Shown here one piece after another: positions 63,369 through 64,000 of a DNA stretch of 64,000 bases. How positions within the stretch are numbered: position 1 is the first letter of the stretch; each line of letters opens with the position of its first letter. Origin of the DNA: Mantamonas sphyraenae STR306. Lineage: Eukaryota; Protista; CRuMs. The translations under genes and the position numbers were made by a program. The stretch lies in NCBI GenBank assembly GCA_026936335.1, contig JAPMXV010000016.1:248001-312000 (forward strand), read 5' to 3'. Below the pieces are notes generated by a model, which did not search any database, was not told the DNA's origin, and saw only the letters and a list, made by a program, of their open reading frames with translations.

Positions 63369-64000
63369 CGCGAGGGCTGGATCTCGTTCAAGCACAACGA
63401 CACGGACTACGGCAAGGCGAACGAGGATCTGCCCACGGACAAGCTGTACGACGCCGGAGGCAAGGTGATCTTCAAGCCGGCGAGCCTGGGCAAGGAGAAC
63501 AAGAGCGAGAGCGGCAGCGCCAAGGAGTGGGGCGTGAGCTTCACGGTGAACCCGACTGGCTACACGAAGGAGGGCGCGTTGGCGGCCATGGAGAACATGA
63601 AGGGTGAAGGGCGAGTTTGACGCGTTCCAGGAGCGCCACAGCGCGTTTGGCAAGACGGAGGACCAGCTGCTGGTGGAGGTGGCGACGAACTTTGTGCGCA
63701 AGAGCAAGCCCGAAGGTGACCCGAGTGACATCAAGGACGTGACGTCGTTTGCACCGAGCAAGGAGGAGCTGCTTGGCTACCGCGCTCTGTCGGACATGGA
63801 CACGTCGTTGATGCAGGAGCGCGTGATTGACGAGACATTCACGACGTATCTGACGGACGGCACAGAGGTGGAGCTTGTGGAGGGTGGCAAGCACAAGAAG
63901 GTGACGTTTGAGAACCGCCACGAGTACGTGCGCCTTGTGGAGCAGGCTCGTCTGAACGAGTTTGACACGCAGGTGGGCTGGATCCGCGAGGGTCTGGCGT
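63369..64000 (+). pseudogene. Degraded fragment of a HERC-type HECT E3 ubiquitin ligase (runs off the window end)
   Basis: HECT motif FTTYLTDGTEVELVEGG..KVTFENRHEYVRLV..RLNEF..QV..IREGL. The frame begins just after a TGA at 63366 with no initiator ATG, contains a 7-bp tandem duplication frameshift (TGAAGGG x2, 63598-63611), and appears to lack the start of the HECT N-lobe. Confidence 0.65.

Overview
A gene-dense, GC-rich stretch of a eukaryotic nuclear chromosome, most likely from a flagellated protist. It has GT-AG spliceosomal introns (GTACGT/GTGAGT/GTAAGT donors, CTAAC/CTGAC-like branch sites, YAG acceptors), the standard genetic code and intergenic gaps often under 100 bp. About 23 protein-coding genes and one degraded fragment can be reconstructed. 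In order: HEATR6-like, dynein light chain LC8, a TRAF-type zinc-finger protein, TBC1D32/BROMI, PHF5A, PIG-S, an orphan 4-TM protein, a two-exon HSF-RAMA-HSF protein, an ankyrin-FYVE protein, a giant ankyrin protein with a 705-bp tandem array, a stathmin-domain protein, SDHAF1-like, an alpha/beta hydrolase, sterol glucosyltransferase, SPO11, an orphan coiled-coil protein, an LRR-ARM-EF-hand protein, an orphan Ser/Asp-rich protein, PDH E2, URI1, an FtsX-type permease, a ferlin, a SAPS/PP6 regulator, a giant IPT/TIG multi-pass surface receptor with an 876-bp tandem array, and a broken HECT-ligase fragment. No CRISPR, rRNA, tRNA or transposon was seen. The most interesting points are: the HSF-RAMA-HSF protein (a possible methyl-adenine-reading transcription factor); a Tyr36-to-Leu change in PHF5A at the splicing-inhibitor/branch-point pocket; two homogenised intragenic macro-repeats; near-abutting co-oriented genes; and G/C strand-skew domains that ignore gene orientation. 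All family calls come from motif recognition by eye, not database searches.
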